This document shows positions 48,239 through 61,000 of a stretch of DNA of 64,000 bases, piece after piece; positions within the stretch are counted from its first letter, which is position 1, and every line of letters starts with the position of its first letter. A program made the translations under genes and the position numbers. The notes below the pieces were generated by a model. That model was given only the letters and a program-made list of their open reading frames with translations, did no database searches and had not been told where the DNA came from. The stretch covers positions 418,128,001-418,192,000 of the forward strand of contig NW_027362765.1 of the NCBI RefSeq assembly GCF_046119375.1. Direction: 5' to 3'. Source of the DNA: Phyllobates terribilis. Its lineage: Eukaryota.

Positions 48239-49875
48239 GGTGGTCAGGGCTGTTCGTTTGTGGCGGGGGGTGGGGTTCTTGGAGTTGGCACAGAAGTGTC
48301 GGTGGGAAAGTTATTGGAAATTTACAGGCAGTGGCTTGATTAAGCGGGGTGATCTGGCATTTGGTTTTTGGGGCTCTGGACGGGGTTTTACCCTGGGAGC
48401 TTTTGGTGCCCTCGAGCTGGTGATGGACGGCTGAGGGTAATACGGTGGTTCGATTTCGGTTTAGTTATGCCAGATCTAATTTTTAACTCCAAGAACCCTC
48501 CCTTCTTATTTATTTATTTGAATAATAATGTTTATATGTTAATGTTGTTTGTTAATAAAATGGCCGCTGTGGCCAAATTTATCCAAAGAAATTACAGGTG
48601 CAGTGTTTTTATTTGTTAAGCTACTTGAGGTCGGTAAGATGGGGGGGGGTATTACGGAACTATGGAACCCGGGTTGGCCGTACACGGTCAAGAAGGGGGC
48701 TGGAGGCATGGGAACCTAGAAGGAAGCCCCACATGACCGGGATTGGCCAGGAGGGTGCAATTTTTAAATCCCAATGGTCGGGATTGGGTATAGGTTTGGA
48801 GGGGCTGGCATTTGGATGGGGGTGGGGTAAAGGGGGGGAAGAGGTATAATAGGGAAAAGTGCGGGAAAACGGGCAGTCCAGGGAAGAAGCCATTGAGAGA
48901 AGTTCCCACCCACCCACCCTCTCTTTTTTGTTTTCCTTTGGTATATTTTGTGATTAATGGTAAAAGGGTGGTTGTTTATCGTGAAAGAATTAAAGGGGCA
49001 TTTGATGTTATGCATTATAATGGGTTATATTAAAAGTGTTATGTAAAGTTGTGTAAGAAGGTATGTCGCAGTGGCTTGGCGGGGGGTGGGGTTCTTGGAG
49101 TTGGCACAGAAGTGTCGGTGGGAAAGTTATTGGAAATTTACAGGCAGTGGCTTGATTAAGCGGGGTGATCTGGCATTTGGTTTTTGGGGCTCTGGACGGG
49201 GTTTTACCCTGGGAGCTTTTGGTGCCCTCGAGCTGGTGATGGACGGCTGAGGGTAATACGGTGGTTCGATTTCGGTTTAGTTATGCCAGATCTAATTTTT
49301 AACTCCAAGAACCCTCCCTTCTTATTTATTTATTTGAATAATAATGTTTATATGTTAATGTTGTTTGTTAATAAAATGGCCGCTGTGGCCAAATTTATCC
49401 AAAGAAATTACAGGTGCAGTGTTTTTATTTGTTAAGCTACTTGAGGTCGGTAAGATGGGGGGGGGTATTACGGAACTATGGAACCCGGGTTGGCCGTACA
49501 CGGTCATGGACACACTGACGAGTGAAAGAGCCCTAACACGGTATATGATCAGTTTTTGCAGGAGAATGAAAGCACATATAACCTTCCATGGGTTAATATT
49601 ACTATATAATACACATGAGAACGCATTATCACAATACAGTGCAATAACGATTGTATGTTTTATCTCCACGATGCCCAGATCTTGGATAAAAATTAAGCTA
49701 AGAGGACTATGGCTTCTCCATTTAGCTAACTATTCTAATGATTTCAGAGTAAGGCCTGGGCTACACTGCGACTTTTTGTAATGCTAATGATTGATTTAAA
49801 GTTTTTAGCTACAGCTGCAGTCCAAAGCAATGCATTGAGTAGCTTGCTATTGGGTGGACTGGAGCTGCCACTTAA

Positions 49876-51612
49876 GGCCACATTTACATGTTGGGTTTTC
49901 GCAGCGGTTTTTATGCAAATTTTCAGCTGCTTCTTAGGCCATTTTCAGACACGTGTTTTTTTTCTGTTGCCCACTTTTCTCTGGCAGGAAAACAGCTGCG
50001 TTAAAAACGCAGGTTTTGGCGAGTTTTTTGTTGCGTTTTTTTAACCACCCATTACTTCCAATGGGTGAAAAAACGCTGCAAATACGCAGGTGCGTATTCT
50101 GATGCAAAAACGCTGAAAGAAGTCACATGCTTCACAAAATACGCAGCAAAAAAAAAAAAAAGAAGGATGTGTGATCAGAGAATACTGGTTTCTCATACAC
50201 TTTGCTGGTTCTGCAAGACGCAGCTGAAAATTTGCATGAAAATCTGCAGCAAAATACGCTGCAAAACACAACGCGTGTGAACATAGCCTTAGGCTATGTT
50301 CACACACGTTGGGTTTTGCTGAAAATTTTCAGCTGAAAATTTGCATAAAAATCTGCTATGTTCAAAATTTATGAGAAACCAGAATTCTCTGTTCACACAT
50401 GTTGCTTTTTGTTTGCTGTGTATTTTCTGCCTTGCTTGCGTATTTGGAAAATAGAGCATGTCACTTCTTTCAGCGTTTCTGCAGCAGACATACGCACCTG
50501 CGTTTTTGCTGCGTTTTTTCACCCATAGGAAGTAATGGGTAGTCAAAAATGCACAGCAAATACGCAGCAAAAAACGCAACAAATACGCAGCAAATACGTG
50601 CGTTTTTTAAGCAGCTGTTTTCCTGCCAGAGAAAAGTTAGCAGCAGAAAAAAACACAATGTGTGTGAACATAGCCTTGGGGTATGTTCACATACGTTGGG
50701 TTTTGCTGCGTATTTTGCAGCAGATTTTTATGCAAATTTTGCAGTAACAGCAAAGTGTATGAGAAACTAGAATTTTCTGTTCACACATGTTGCTTTTTGT
50801 TTGCTGTGTATTTTCTGCCTTGCTTGCGTTTTTGGAAAATAGAGCATGTCGCTTCTTTCAGAGTTTTTTCACCCATAGGAATTAATGGGTGATGAAAAAA
50901 ATGCTGAAAAATGCAACTAAATTTTTTTTCTGCGTTTTTGATGGCAAAATATGGGTTCTATTTTGCGATTAACCATCTTGTCTTGGTCACTGAGATGGTT
51001 GTTTGTATTGAGAGAGTTTAAATAAATTAGTGATGTGTACACACTGGCTGACCTACCTGTGAGATTGAACAATACTTGTGGCCCAGTGAGGTGTGAAATT
51101 GAACAATGCCCAAGCAACTGAATGGCAGACCCCATAGTGTGAAAGCAAATAGTGTCATACAAAATCAATGCATTTCCAGTGTCTAAACTGTTCCTGAACA
51201 ATTCACCTCCCCCACTATGCCAAAAACAGAATGAGATTTTTTTTTTCCCACAGAACTTTATGTACATGCATGAATAGAGACAGAAGGACAGTGAGAAAAA
51301 CGCTGAAAAAATGCAGGAAAACCTGCATTTTTGACGCAGCTGTTTTCCCGCCAGAGAAAAGTTGTCAGCAGATTTAGCTGCAGAAAAAAACACGTGTGTG
51401 AACATAGCCTTACATTACCAGCAAAGTCCATGAAATCTCATGCACACACCTTAGTCTTTATCAGCATGCACAAGAGACAAATGTACCCAGACAAAAACGC
51501 AGCAAAAACTCATCAAAACCTGCTTTTTTTGAGGTTGCTTTTTTAATACCGAGAGAGCAGGCTTTTACTGCCCAAAAAAAACGCAGCAAAAACGCAATGT
51601 GTGAACATAGCC
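49876..51612. mobile_element. Stack of adjacent TWA-type MITEs (49876-50288, 50292-50675, 50679-51409, plus a partial one ending at 51612)
   Basis: Repeated termini GGCTATGTTCACA / TGTGAACATAGCC joined by 3-bp tta or ttg. Confidence 0.8.
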
Positions 51613-51725
51613 TAATAGTTTAAACCAAACAGTAGTGCTACAAAAAGTCACAGTATAGCCCAGGCTCAATCCTCATTGTGTGTGCACATTAACTATTCAC
51701 ATTGCTTTACATTTGAGCCGAAGTT

Positions 51726-51736
51726 TGCAAAGTCAT
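51726..51736 (-). promoter_or_regulatory. Candidate antioxidant response element (Nrf2/sMaf)
   Basis: tgcaaagtcat reads ATGACTTTGCA on the minus strand and fits RTGACnnnGCA; about 255 bp upstream of the ATG-containing GSTO exon. Confidence 0.35.
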
Positions 51737-52013
51737 TGCCTAGTGATATTGAATAGGAGTGTAATTACACACACATGGCTCTTATGGAATAACCAGTATA
51801 CAGATGGAGGCGCGGTGTACGGTTTGGGCTGATCATTAGCTACGAGGGAAGGGGTGGGGGTTGGTAGAGGCGCAGCTATAGACAGCAAGGAGGGGCAGCT
51901 CTTGTATCCAAGCCTCCTTCTGGAATGTCAGGCCTTATATACAGCTGCACCCCATATAACACACATATGTGCTCTCTGCTTGTTATACAGGTCCCTCCAC
52001 TAAGGCTGCAGCC

Positions 52014-55000
52014 ATGAGCGGATCACAGAGGAGTTTGGCTAAGGGTAAGTAAAGGAACACATTGAGACCGTCCGCTTTCACCTTGTATTAGAGAAACAGG
52101 TTATACAAATATATGTGCGTTCTAATAAAAACATACTGTATTTACTTCTGAATACGGACATATACACTGTAATGGCTGAGATGAAAAGTTTTTAAATGGA
52201 TTTTCGCAATAGTTGAAATGTTACGTATACTTTCATAAAGCGGACAGTACCAGAACGGATGCACAAGAACCAGATGTAGCAGAGCTGGTGTTGTATGCTA
52301 GCATTGTACCTTGTTATATGGATTTGCAGCTGTCTTTCATCCAAGTTATGCCTGCTACTTAAAGAAGCACTCCACCACAGAACATTGCAATTATTAGATC
52401 ATATAGTACTGTGTAAATACAACTGCTCATTTTGCTTTTCCACCCAGCTGTGGCCACTTTCAGTATTTGTAAGGGTGCTTTCACATTGCATTTATGCATC
52501 TGTTCAGTGGCCCCGTTGGGGTCGAGCTCTGAACCCCCCTCAAAACTGGGTTCAGACGTAAGTGCTGAAAGGGCCATAGACTATAATGGTGCTGTCCGGG
52601 TGAATTTCGCTCTGTCGTGCATCGTTTTTGGGAGTGTACTCCTACTGGAGGCGGACTACGTCTGGGTGTCCACCTCCACTAGGCATGTATCGCCCTCTGA
52701 CGGCACCATTATACTCTATGGCCTCGTTTGCTCATGCGTCCGAATCCCCATTTTGCAGGGAGGGAGGTTTGGATGTTTGGCCTGATGGGGCCCACCGAGC
52801 ATGTACGGAAAAGCATAATAGAAACACGTCACCACGCTAGCGGTTTTCTCCAACTCCTGGTTTCCACTTACAAATACTGAAAGTGTGAATGTGGCCTAGT
52901 TCTTAGAAGCAGGAAGTTTCTTGTCAATGCAGAAATCCTAACAGAGTGCGCATTGTCCAGTGTCAATTGCATGTGTCCAGCCACATCCCGACTAGACTAT
53001 CCGGCCACACTCAATACACTTACATCAAGTGAGGCTGTGCATGTCTAGTCAGCATGTGACTGCATATATGGAATTTGCATACTTATGGTCACTGTGCCGG
53101 CGTCAGAGAATCCTCACAGTGCGTGCGATGTGAGCATTCACAAGTCTGTAGTCAGTGACTGCAGGCTGGACAACTCCTTTAAGGCTTTTTCAGACCAATG
53201 GGCTGTCCATGTTAAAAATCAGAAAACAGACAGCATAGCCAGAACAATAAAACAGAATTTTTTTAAATTCCAAAGTCAAATTAGAAAATTGCAAAAGGCA
53301 ATGGTACTCGCCAGCCAAGGTTTCAAGAAAAATGCACACCAGGATGCAGCCAGCCCCCTTTTGTTAGAAGGAGGTAACACAGGTGCAGAATGCTGATGAA
53401 CAGTCGCTCTCACTCTCTCACTGGAGGAGTGACTGCCTAGCGCTAAAGCTGCACACAGATGAAACTTGCAATAGGGTGCAGTTCACACACTCACGGCATG
53501 GTGCCTAGCCAGCATCCTATTACACGCCCCTACTATTCGATTAGGCGGGATGCCTGGCACCCTATCTGTGCATTTCAGAGGTGCAAAGCTCCAACTCACA
53601 AGGTCACCATTAATGGGCTTAGAGACATCTGACTGCTTAAAAACCACTAACGCAAAAGTCACAATCTTGAAAAAGTGATATACCGTAGACTTTTCTGTCT
53701 GGAAAATCCATAGCAAACTTGCTCTGTGTGACTATATCCTTTGTGCTAAGAAACAATATTCTGCAGTGAGTTTTTACAGCTTCCAAATGGAGTAGAAGCA
53801 AAGCTTAGATGACCAAGTTGGCGCTGTTACATTTCGGAAGTGTAACCTTGTTCATAAGTGAAGAATTTAGATTATCACTGAGATGTGGATCTAGGTTAAT
53901 TGGCGTAATAAACAAGGGAAAGTCTCTAGGGATTGAGATGTCAGGTCAGCGGCTTCTTTGAGACCAGAGGTAAGTTTCCTTGACACTTGCTGCTTGTAAG
54001 CAGTTGCAACCTAAAAATCCCACCTGCAACTTGGCGAAATGCGTGGGAAGAAGTTAAAAGGACTGTATAGTGAGGAAGGGTCTACGAAAGCCTTAACCCC
54101 TTGTTGTCTTAACAAGTGACGGGTAGTCTGGGGCTCCTTTCCTGCCATATGTAAGAATATATTCGCACGGTACAGTCAAAATTGACAATGGAACCAATGA
54201 CCCATGGTGTGACCACAGCGTGTGCATCCTTAATTTTTGCCCGACCTGCTCACAAGTGTGCACATTAGTGAGCCAGCAGGGGAAGTGAAATGTGGTGCAT
54301 GCACCCAGATATTATAACTTTACTATATTGACCATATTTTGGAATATGTACTTCATATGACCTCGTCCCAAACTGTATCACTAACATCCTGTAGCTCTCG
54401 TCTTGTGCTACACCTTTTTTTTTTTTTTTTTTTTTTTTTTATCATATAAATGCGAACTAATGTTAGGGTTATGTCGGAGTAATTTCAGCCATTTTTTTAC
54501 AAAACTGATGGCGTTTTTGTAAAATCACAACAGTAGCTGCAAAAAAAAAAAAATTAAAAAAAATTAGTGCGGTGGAGAGGCTATGACCATGACGTGGCAC
54601 AAATCTATATCTATGGGTCACTAGTTTAACCTCTTCTCCACAGCTGGCCAAGTTTTCATTAACCTCATCTGCACCTTTTTTTGCCTTACAGACATCTGTA
54701 CACTAAATGAAAATATCCATTATCTTTTTTTTTTTTTTTTTTTTCAGGCAGCGCCACCCCAGGACCGGTACCAGAAGGGATAATTCGACTTTACAGCATG
54801 AGATTCTGTCCTTTTGCCCAGAGAGCACGTCTTGTCTTGATCGCCAAAGGAATTAAGTAGGAACCAGATTTGTATACCATTTCTGGAGATTTGACCTGTT
54901 CACATTTTTCTTCTTTCTAAAGTTTTTGTAAGTTAGTGTTTCCCCCCCCCAAAAAAAAAAAGTTATGGATAGGGGATTGTTCTTTTTACCACTGAGATTG

Positions 55001-58000
55001 GTTGCAGCTCTTGGCTTCTTCATAGACAATGAGTGAGCAGGGGCCAAGCATGCCATACTTCAGCTCCATTCAGACCAGAGCTACAGAGCGACATTCTAAG
55101 TGTATCAAAACCCAGACCTTGGAATCAATATGGGGGGAATCCCAACCGTTAGACTCCCCCAGCAATTGGCAAGTTATCCAATTCATAGAACTATCCAAAA
55201 CATGTCTTTTATGTGGCAATAGCACTATAATGTAACTTTTAAGATATTGATTAGTGATGAGCAAGCACTAAAATGCTCGGATCAAGCACATTGGAATACT
55301 CGGGTGCTCAACCCGAGCAACGAGCCCAATGTAAGTCTATGGGAAACTCGAGCATTTTTCTGCCCCCCCCCCCCCCCCGGCTCTATTCTTTCTATTCTAA
55401 ATTGTCGGGTACCGGTATATGCCGCTGCTGAATTGCCGGCTTTTCATGTTTCACTGTGAGCACTGTTCCCATTGATTTGGGCAATCACTGTAATGCCACA
55501 ACCCCACCATGGCTGCGGCATTACAGGGAGTGGCAGACAATCCCTGCATGATTGGTGCTCTAAATAGCGCCAAACATGCAGGACGGGGACCAGAGCTCCT
55601 GCCCGAGCATCGCGCAAGTACTTGACGAGCTCCGAGCATCTTGAGTACTGAGATGCTCGGGCGAGTGGCGAGCATGCTCGCTCATCAGTAATATTGATAT
55701 ATCATGTTTTTGTAGGCCATAATCATAGGGGCTGCAGTCAGAATTGGACAGTGGATCATCTGCCCCATTAGTGAGAACCTGATTACAGATTTTCAATTGG
55801 GTCTCAGGAGCTTTAAAGGGGTTATCCAGGCCTTTCACTGTAGTTACTCCATTGACCGGCATGACCAAGTATACTTCTCTCCACATTCAGGCTAGACGTG
55901 CGAATTGTATGTCACCGGTTGTAAGGGGTTAAGTTGCGTGTCTAGGTTCTCAGTATACTATTTTGTTTAGTTGTAACAGTCACTTTGTAGACACAAGTCA
56001 CGTTTCGCCTGAACTGACTGGATTTCTTCTATTCAGACACGAAGTTGTCAACATTAACCTAAAGAACAAGCCGGATTGGTTTTTCGAGAAAAGTCCTACA
56101 GGACTGGTGCCATCGCTTGAAACCTCTGATGGTAAAATAATCTACGAATCTCCAATTGTTTGTGATTACCTGGATGACGCCTTTCCTGAGAATAAGCTGA
56201 CCCCAGCCGATCCCTATGAAAAAGCCCAACAGAAGATTCTCCTGGAACAATTCTCTGCGGTAGGAACTCTTTGTTGGGAATGTAAAATCAATTTAATGTT
56301 CTCTTGAGTCATTGTTTGGAAGAGAACCCTCCCTTTTTTTTTTTTTTTCATCTGTTTGCCTTACACTGAAGGGTTCCCTCTAAATCGCTGAAAAATGGAT
56401 CTGCATCCACAATTCCTTTGGGTATCCTATCTGATTTCCTGAAAAATGGGATTCAGATGAAAACTCAAAGGTCAAGGATGTTGTGCAAAATTAAGTGAGG
56501 GTGAAGATAGGCATTTCCTAAATAAAAAGTTAACGAGACAAGTAACGTGGTTTTGTGCTTGACTTTAGGTTACCACTGCACTGTACAAGATTTTGTTTGC
56601 CAAGAAGGACAATCAAGACACAAGTGAATTAAAGACTCAATTTTTTGAGAAATATAAAAAACTTGAAGAGGTAAGAAGTTTGTGCAAATTAAGATCTAGA
56701 ATGTGTGTGTGTGGGTTTTTTTTTTTTTTTTTTGGGACAGCTGTCAATCATATATTAAAAAAACCCCGATATGGATCTGGTATTGCTGTAATCGCACCAA
56801 CCTGAAGAATAAAGTCATCTAATCACTTATACCGCACGAGGAACAGCGTAACAAATAAACGATAGTGCTAGGGTTGTGCTATTTTCAAAAATAAAAAAAA
56901 CCTGTATGGCAACTAGTGTTGAGCATAAGTGCTCGCTACTTGAGTTTGCATAGGGGGCTCGTGTATGCATGGAGTATTGTGGGTGCTCGAGTCTCCGCCC
57001 ATATGTTTCATGTCTGTTATACAGCCAAAAAAAACCTAGTGGGGGTTGCCTGCCTTGCTCGACCGTGAAACATGCGGGGCAGGGACTTGGGCATCTGCGA
57101 TACATGGTGCGTACCCGATGCAAACTCAAATACAGAGCACTTGCGCTCAAGAATAATGACCACTTATTCAATATGATGATCTAATGTTATCAATTTCTGT
57201 GTCATACCGCTGGGTTCACTATACCCCTAATTAGAATCCTTGAGGGGGTTTAGTTTCTAAAATGGGGTCACTTGTGGGTGGAGTTTCCAGTGTTTAGGCA
57301 CATCAGGGGCTCTCTAAACACGACATGGCATCCGCTCTCAATTCCATGCAATTTTGGGTTCAAAAAGTCAGTGCTCCTTCCCTTCCGAACTCTGCCGTGC
57401 GCCCAAACACTGTATTTTTATCCCCACATATGGGGTATCGGCGTACTCGGGAGGAATTGCACAAGTTTTTGGGGTTCATTTCCTCCTCTTACCCTTGTGA
57501 AAATAAAACTTGGGGCTAAAATCATTTTTGTTGAAAAAGTTAGTTCCCTCCCCCTCCATGTTACCCTTGCGAAAACAACAACAAACATTGGGTCTGAAGT
57601 AACATTTTTGTGGAAGTTTAACTTTTGTTTATTTATGGAGGGGGGGAAAAAAAAAATAAATAAATAAAGCAATCGAAGAAATTTGACCATTATCATGAAG
57701 TACAATATGTCACAAAAACTATCTCAGAATCAGTGAAATCCATTGAAGTGTTCAAGAGCTATTACCTCATAAATTGACAGAATTGTAAAAATTTCACCTG
57801 GTCATTAATGTGCAAACCTGCTTCGGGGTTAAAGGGAACCAGTCAGATAATTCCTGCTTAAACTGCGGGCAGAATGAATCGAAGCTTCGCTGCACAAATG
57901 CAGAAAGGTATAATATTCTCTGGAAATGCTTTGGCGTTTCAGACTTTACCGTGACGTTCTGGAGGCAGAAACAGACTAGTCTGATCTCCAGTTATGTTCC

Positions 58001-61000
58001 CCCACCGCCAGCTCTGCTCTAGGTGATCATCTAGTCCTTTCCGATGTACTTGCAAGGGAGAGACTAGTCAATCATGTAGAGCAGGGGTGGGGAATTTTTT
58101 TTTTTTCTGCCAAGGGCCATTTGGATATTTATACCTTCCTTCGGGGGCTGCACAAATTGCGCGCTAACGCTGCCCACAAAGTAAGTTCTGGCACTGGTGT
58201 CAGGATGTAATTTTTCATTGCATGCACCTCGGCATTCAGTGGTGCAAATACCTATGTTTGCTCACAGAGCAAGAAGAAATTAATGGGCCGGCGGTCATCA
58301 AAATACAGCTGCCGGCCCAAACACTGCAGTTCCTGGCAATCAGCTCTGGGCTATATAAAAGGTCACCAAGGGCCGTAAATGGCTCGCAGGCCTCAAGTTC
58401 CCCACCCCCTAGCCTGGAGCATTCTGGACTAGTATCTCTCCTGGCTCTTTTCACTGAACAATATACTTGACTTCATTCGTGCAGCCAAGCTGCGATTCAT
58501 GCTGCCCGTGGTGTGGACAGGTTCTCTGGGGAATTAAATGGCCTGAATTTGGGAAATAAATTCTATGTGCACACGTTGTGTATTTGGTGCAGATTTTGCA
58601 CATCGAGTTCTGAACTGAAATCCACAACATTTCTGCATTTTATGAATACGGTGGAGATGCAGAGCATTTCTGATGATTAACAGTTTGGACCAAGGGAACA
58701 GTTACACCACTTGCCCAAACTGCTCTCTTCAATGCTCCAAGTGCAGACAGCTTTGCCTCTTCTGCTCAGCTGAGAGGGACTCAAGTTGGCCAGATCCAGC
58801 TTTAGGCCATGACCCCAGTATCAGTATTTGGTCTCAGGAGTATGAGCCAAAACCACTAGTGGGTGATACATGCAGAATTGGTGACTTGTTTCTATTATAC
58901 CTTTTCTCTGATTGTTCCTTGCCTGGTTTTTGGCTCCCACTCCTGAGAAATACTGTTAGTTGGGCCGTGGCCTTAGAATAGCACTTGCAAGCTTTATAGC
59001 AAAGATCTCTCAAGTACTGCACTCCTCACCTAGGACACCATCCAGAGAGCAACTGTAACCTAGGTAATAAGCAGTAAATTATAAAAATTTAAAAAAGCCT
59101 TGTTAAAAGGGACTGCTATTGGGCCAAATAAGAATTTGTATTATCACTCGTGTTAATCATTTATCCCATGAACATGGGAAACAATTAGTGGACAGACTAA
59201 CAAGCAAATGCATTTTTATGTGGGCTCAAATTAACATGGTCTGCAACATATTCTGTCATATAAAAGGAGGATATGCTGCAACAAAATGCAATCCATATGG
59301 GGATTTGCACGTTTGTATTGATCATGCAGGTTGCATCAGTCCGAACAAAATTTTAAAATGAGCAACCATAGACTTTCTGAGTTATTGATGGTGTGTTCCA
59401 GGTATTAAATCTGCCTTAAAGGGGTATTCCCACCTCAAGATCCTATCCCAATATGTAGTAGGTGTAATAATATTAGCAAATGACTCCCATTAGAAATGTA
59501 TAGTTCTTTAGACTTGCTTTGTCAATTACCCCATGTACAGGGCATTGCAGTAGCTTGGGTATCCATGGTGACTACCACTAACTGTCACTGAGTGGTTGTA
59601 TCCATGGATACTTGAGCTTCTGCAATGCCCTGCACGTGTGGTGAGCGACATAACGAATCAGAAGAACTATACTAAGTTTCTGATTGGAGGTATTTGCTAA
59701 TATTATTATTGCACCTACTGCATATTGGGATAGGATCTTGGAGATGGGAATACCCTTTTTAAGACTTAATGCACATTGTCATATATAGCACACATCAGAA
59801 ACGGACATGCCACCTGTGCAGCTCCACAGGGGCCAAATGGGCTAGGGCTCCAATTGCCAATTTCATGGAGGCCTGAGAAGTGGATAAATAAAGAAATGGG
59901 GGTGTAGAGCTGAGGGGTATTGTACAGAAGAGAATCTGCTGTCTGTATCCACGCCTGGCACCCATGACCTACTCTGGGCCCACCCCGTACCCCCATCATT
60001 CCTACATTTGCATGTACTTCAGTGAAGTTTTTGGGCTCCTCCATACAATCTTATCTTGGATTTGTCCCTAATATGGGAACTCTCGAATGTGGTTGATGGT
60101 GATGAGTGGAGGGTTCTTAATGTGGCTATGAATTGCTGTACCTTCTCCAGGCTACAAAACTTGAGTCCATCACTTATGTGGATGCCTATCTTCTCGTTGT
60201 TCTGGGGAGATGGATTTTTGTATTTAATCTCAACTTTATTTTTCAGGCCCTTACCAAGAGGAACAGCCCTTACTTTGGTGGGGAATCTGTGTCTATGATT
60301 GATTATATGATCTGGCCTTGGTTTGAACGGTTCATTATTTTTGATGTTCTGGAGTAAGTAAGACAAATATATTGTGTTTAGCCCTAATCTACTTTCTTTT
60401 CATTTCTCATCATCCATAAAACCTACTGATAAGTAACTTGTATCTTGAGAGATGACAATGTGAAGCACTGTAGAATGTTGGCATGATATAAGGAGTCAAA
60501 TTAATTTTAAAGATCTGAAGTGAGAATTGTTTCCCATTCATAGAGGTAGGTTGATGAGGTGTTGCTTATAACTTCTCAAGAACCTACTTTCAGTACTACA
60601 GCAGGTTTCTATGAGGTGGGCGCTCCTAGGAGAATAAACCTAATCTGGAGAAAGTAGTAGGTCATCTGATATGGTCTGGATAATAGCTACGATCTGAAAT
60701 GCGTTGATGCACTGTGTAGCTTTGTCCGGATTACATTTATGGATATCTGATTGGGTTTAATCAAGGTGCTGGAGATTTAATTTTTGCTTGTTGGATCCAT
60801 TGCCTCTTGTTCCATGCACCCTTGGGTTGGTGAATGAGCTGGACTTTGGCTTTCTACTCCTAGGAGAATGTGCCAATATTGGAGACTATGCTCGATGATG
60901 AACAACACTTTACATTTCACCTAAGGCTAGGCTCAACAGTGTTTTTAATAAACTAATTACTGGTTTATTCTCCTGAGCAGCATTAATTCTGTTGCCTGCA

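Larger units (their letters stand above)
42692..49506 (+). mobile_element. Ngaro-type (DIRS order) tyrosine-recombinase retrotransposon with split direct repeats
   Basis: A1 42692-42906; B1 48261-48690; A2 48691-48905; B2 49077-49506. ORF1, RT/RH, YR and SGNH lie in between; no TSD. Confidence 0.95.
42198..49533. mobile_element. PIF/Harbinger-type MITE split by the Ngaro insertion (arms 42198-42691 and 49507-49533)
   Basis: taa-GGTCTCATTCACACGT ... ACGAGTGAAAGAGCCC-taa. Confidence 0.65.

Noticed and set aside
16535-52013. A third GSTO copy between the two genes
   Set aside because: No additional GSTO-like exons were seen by eye or in the ORF track.
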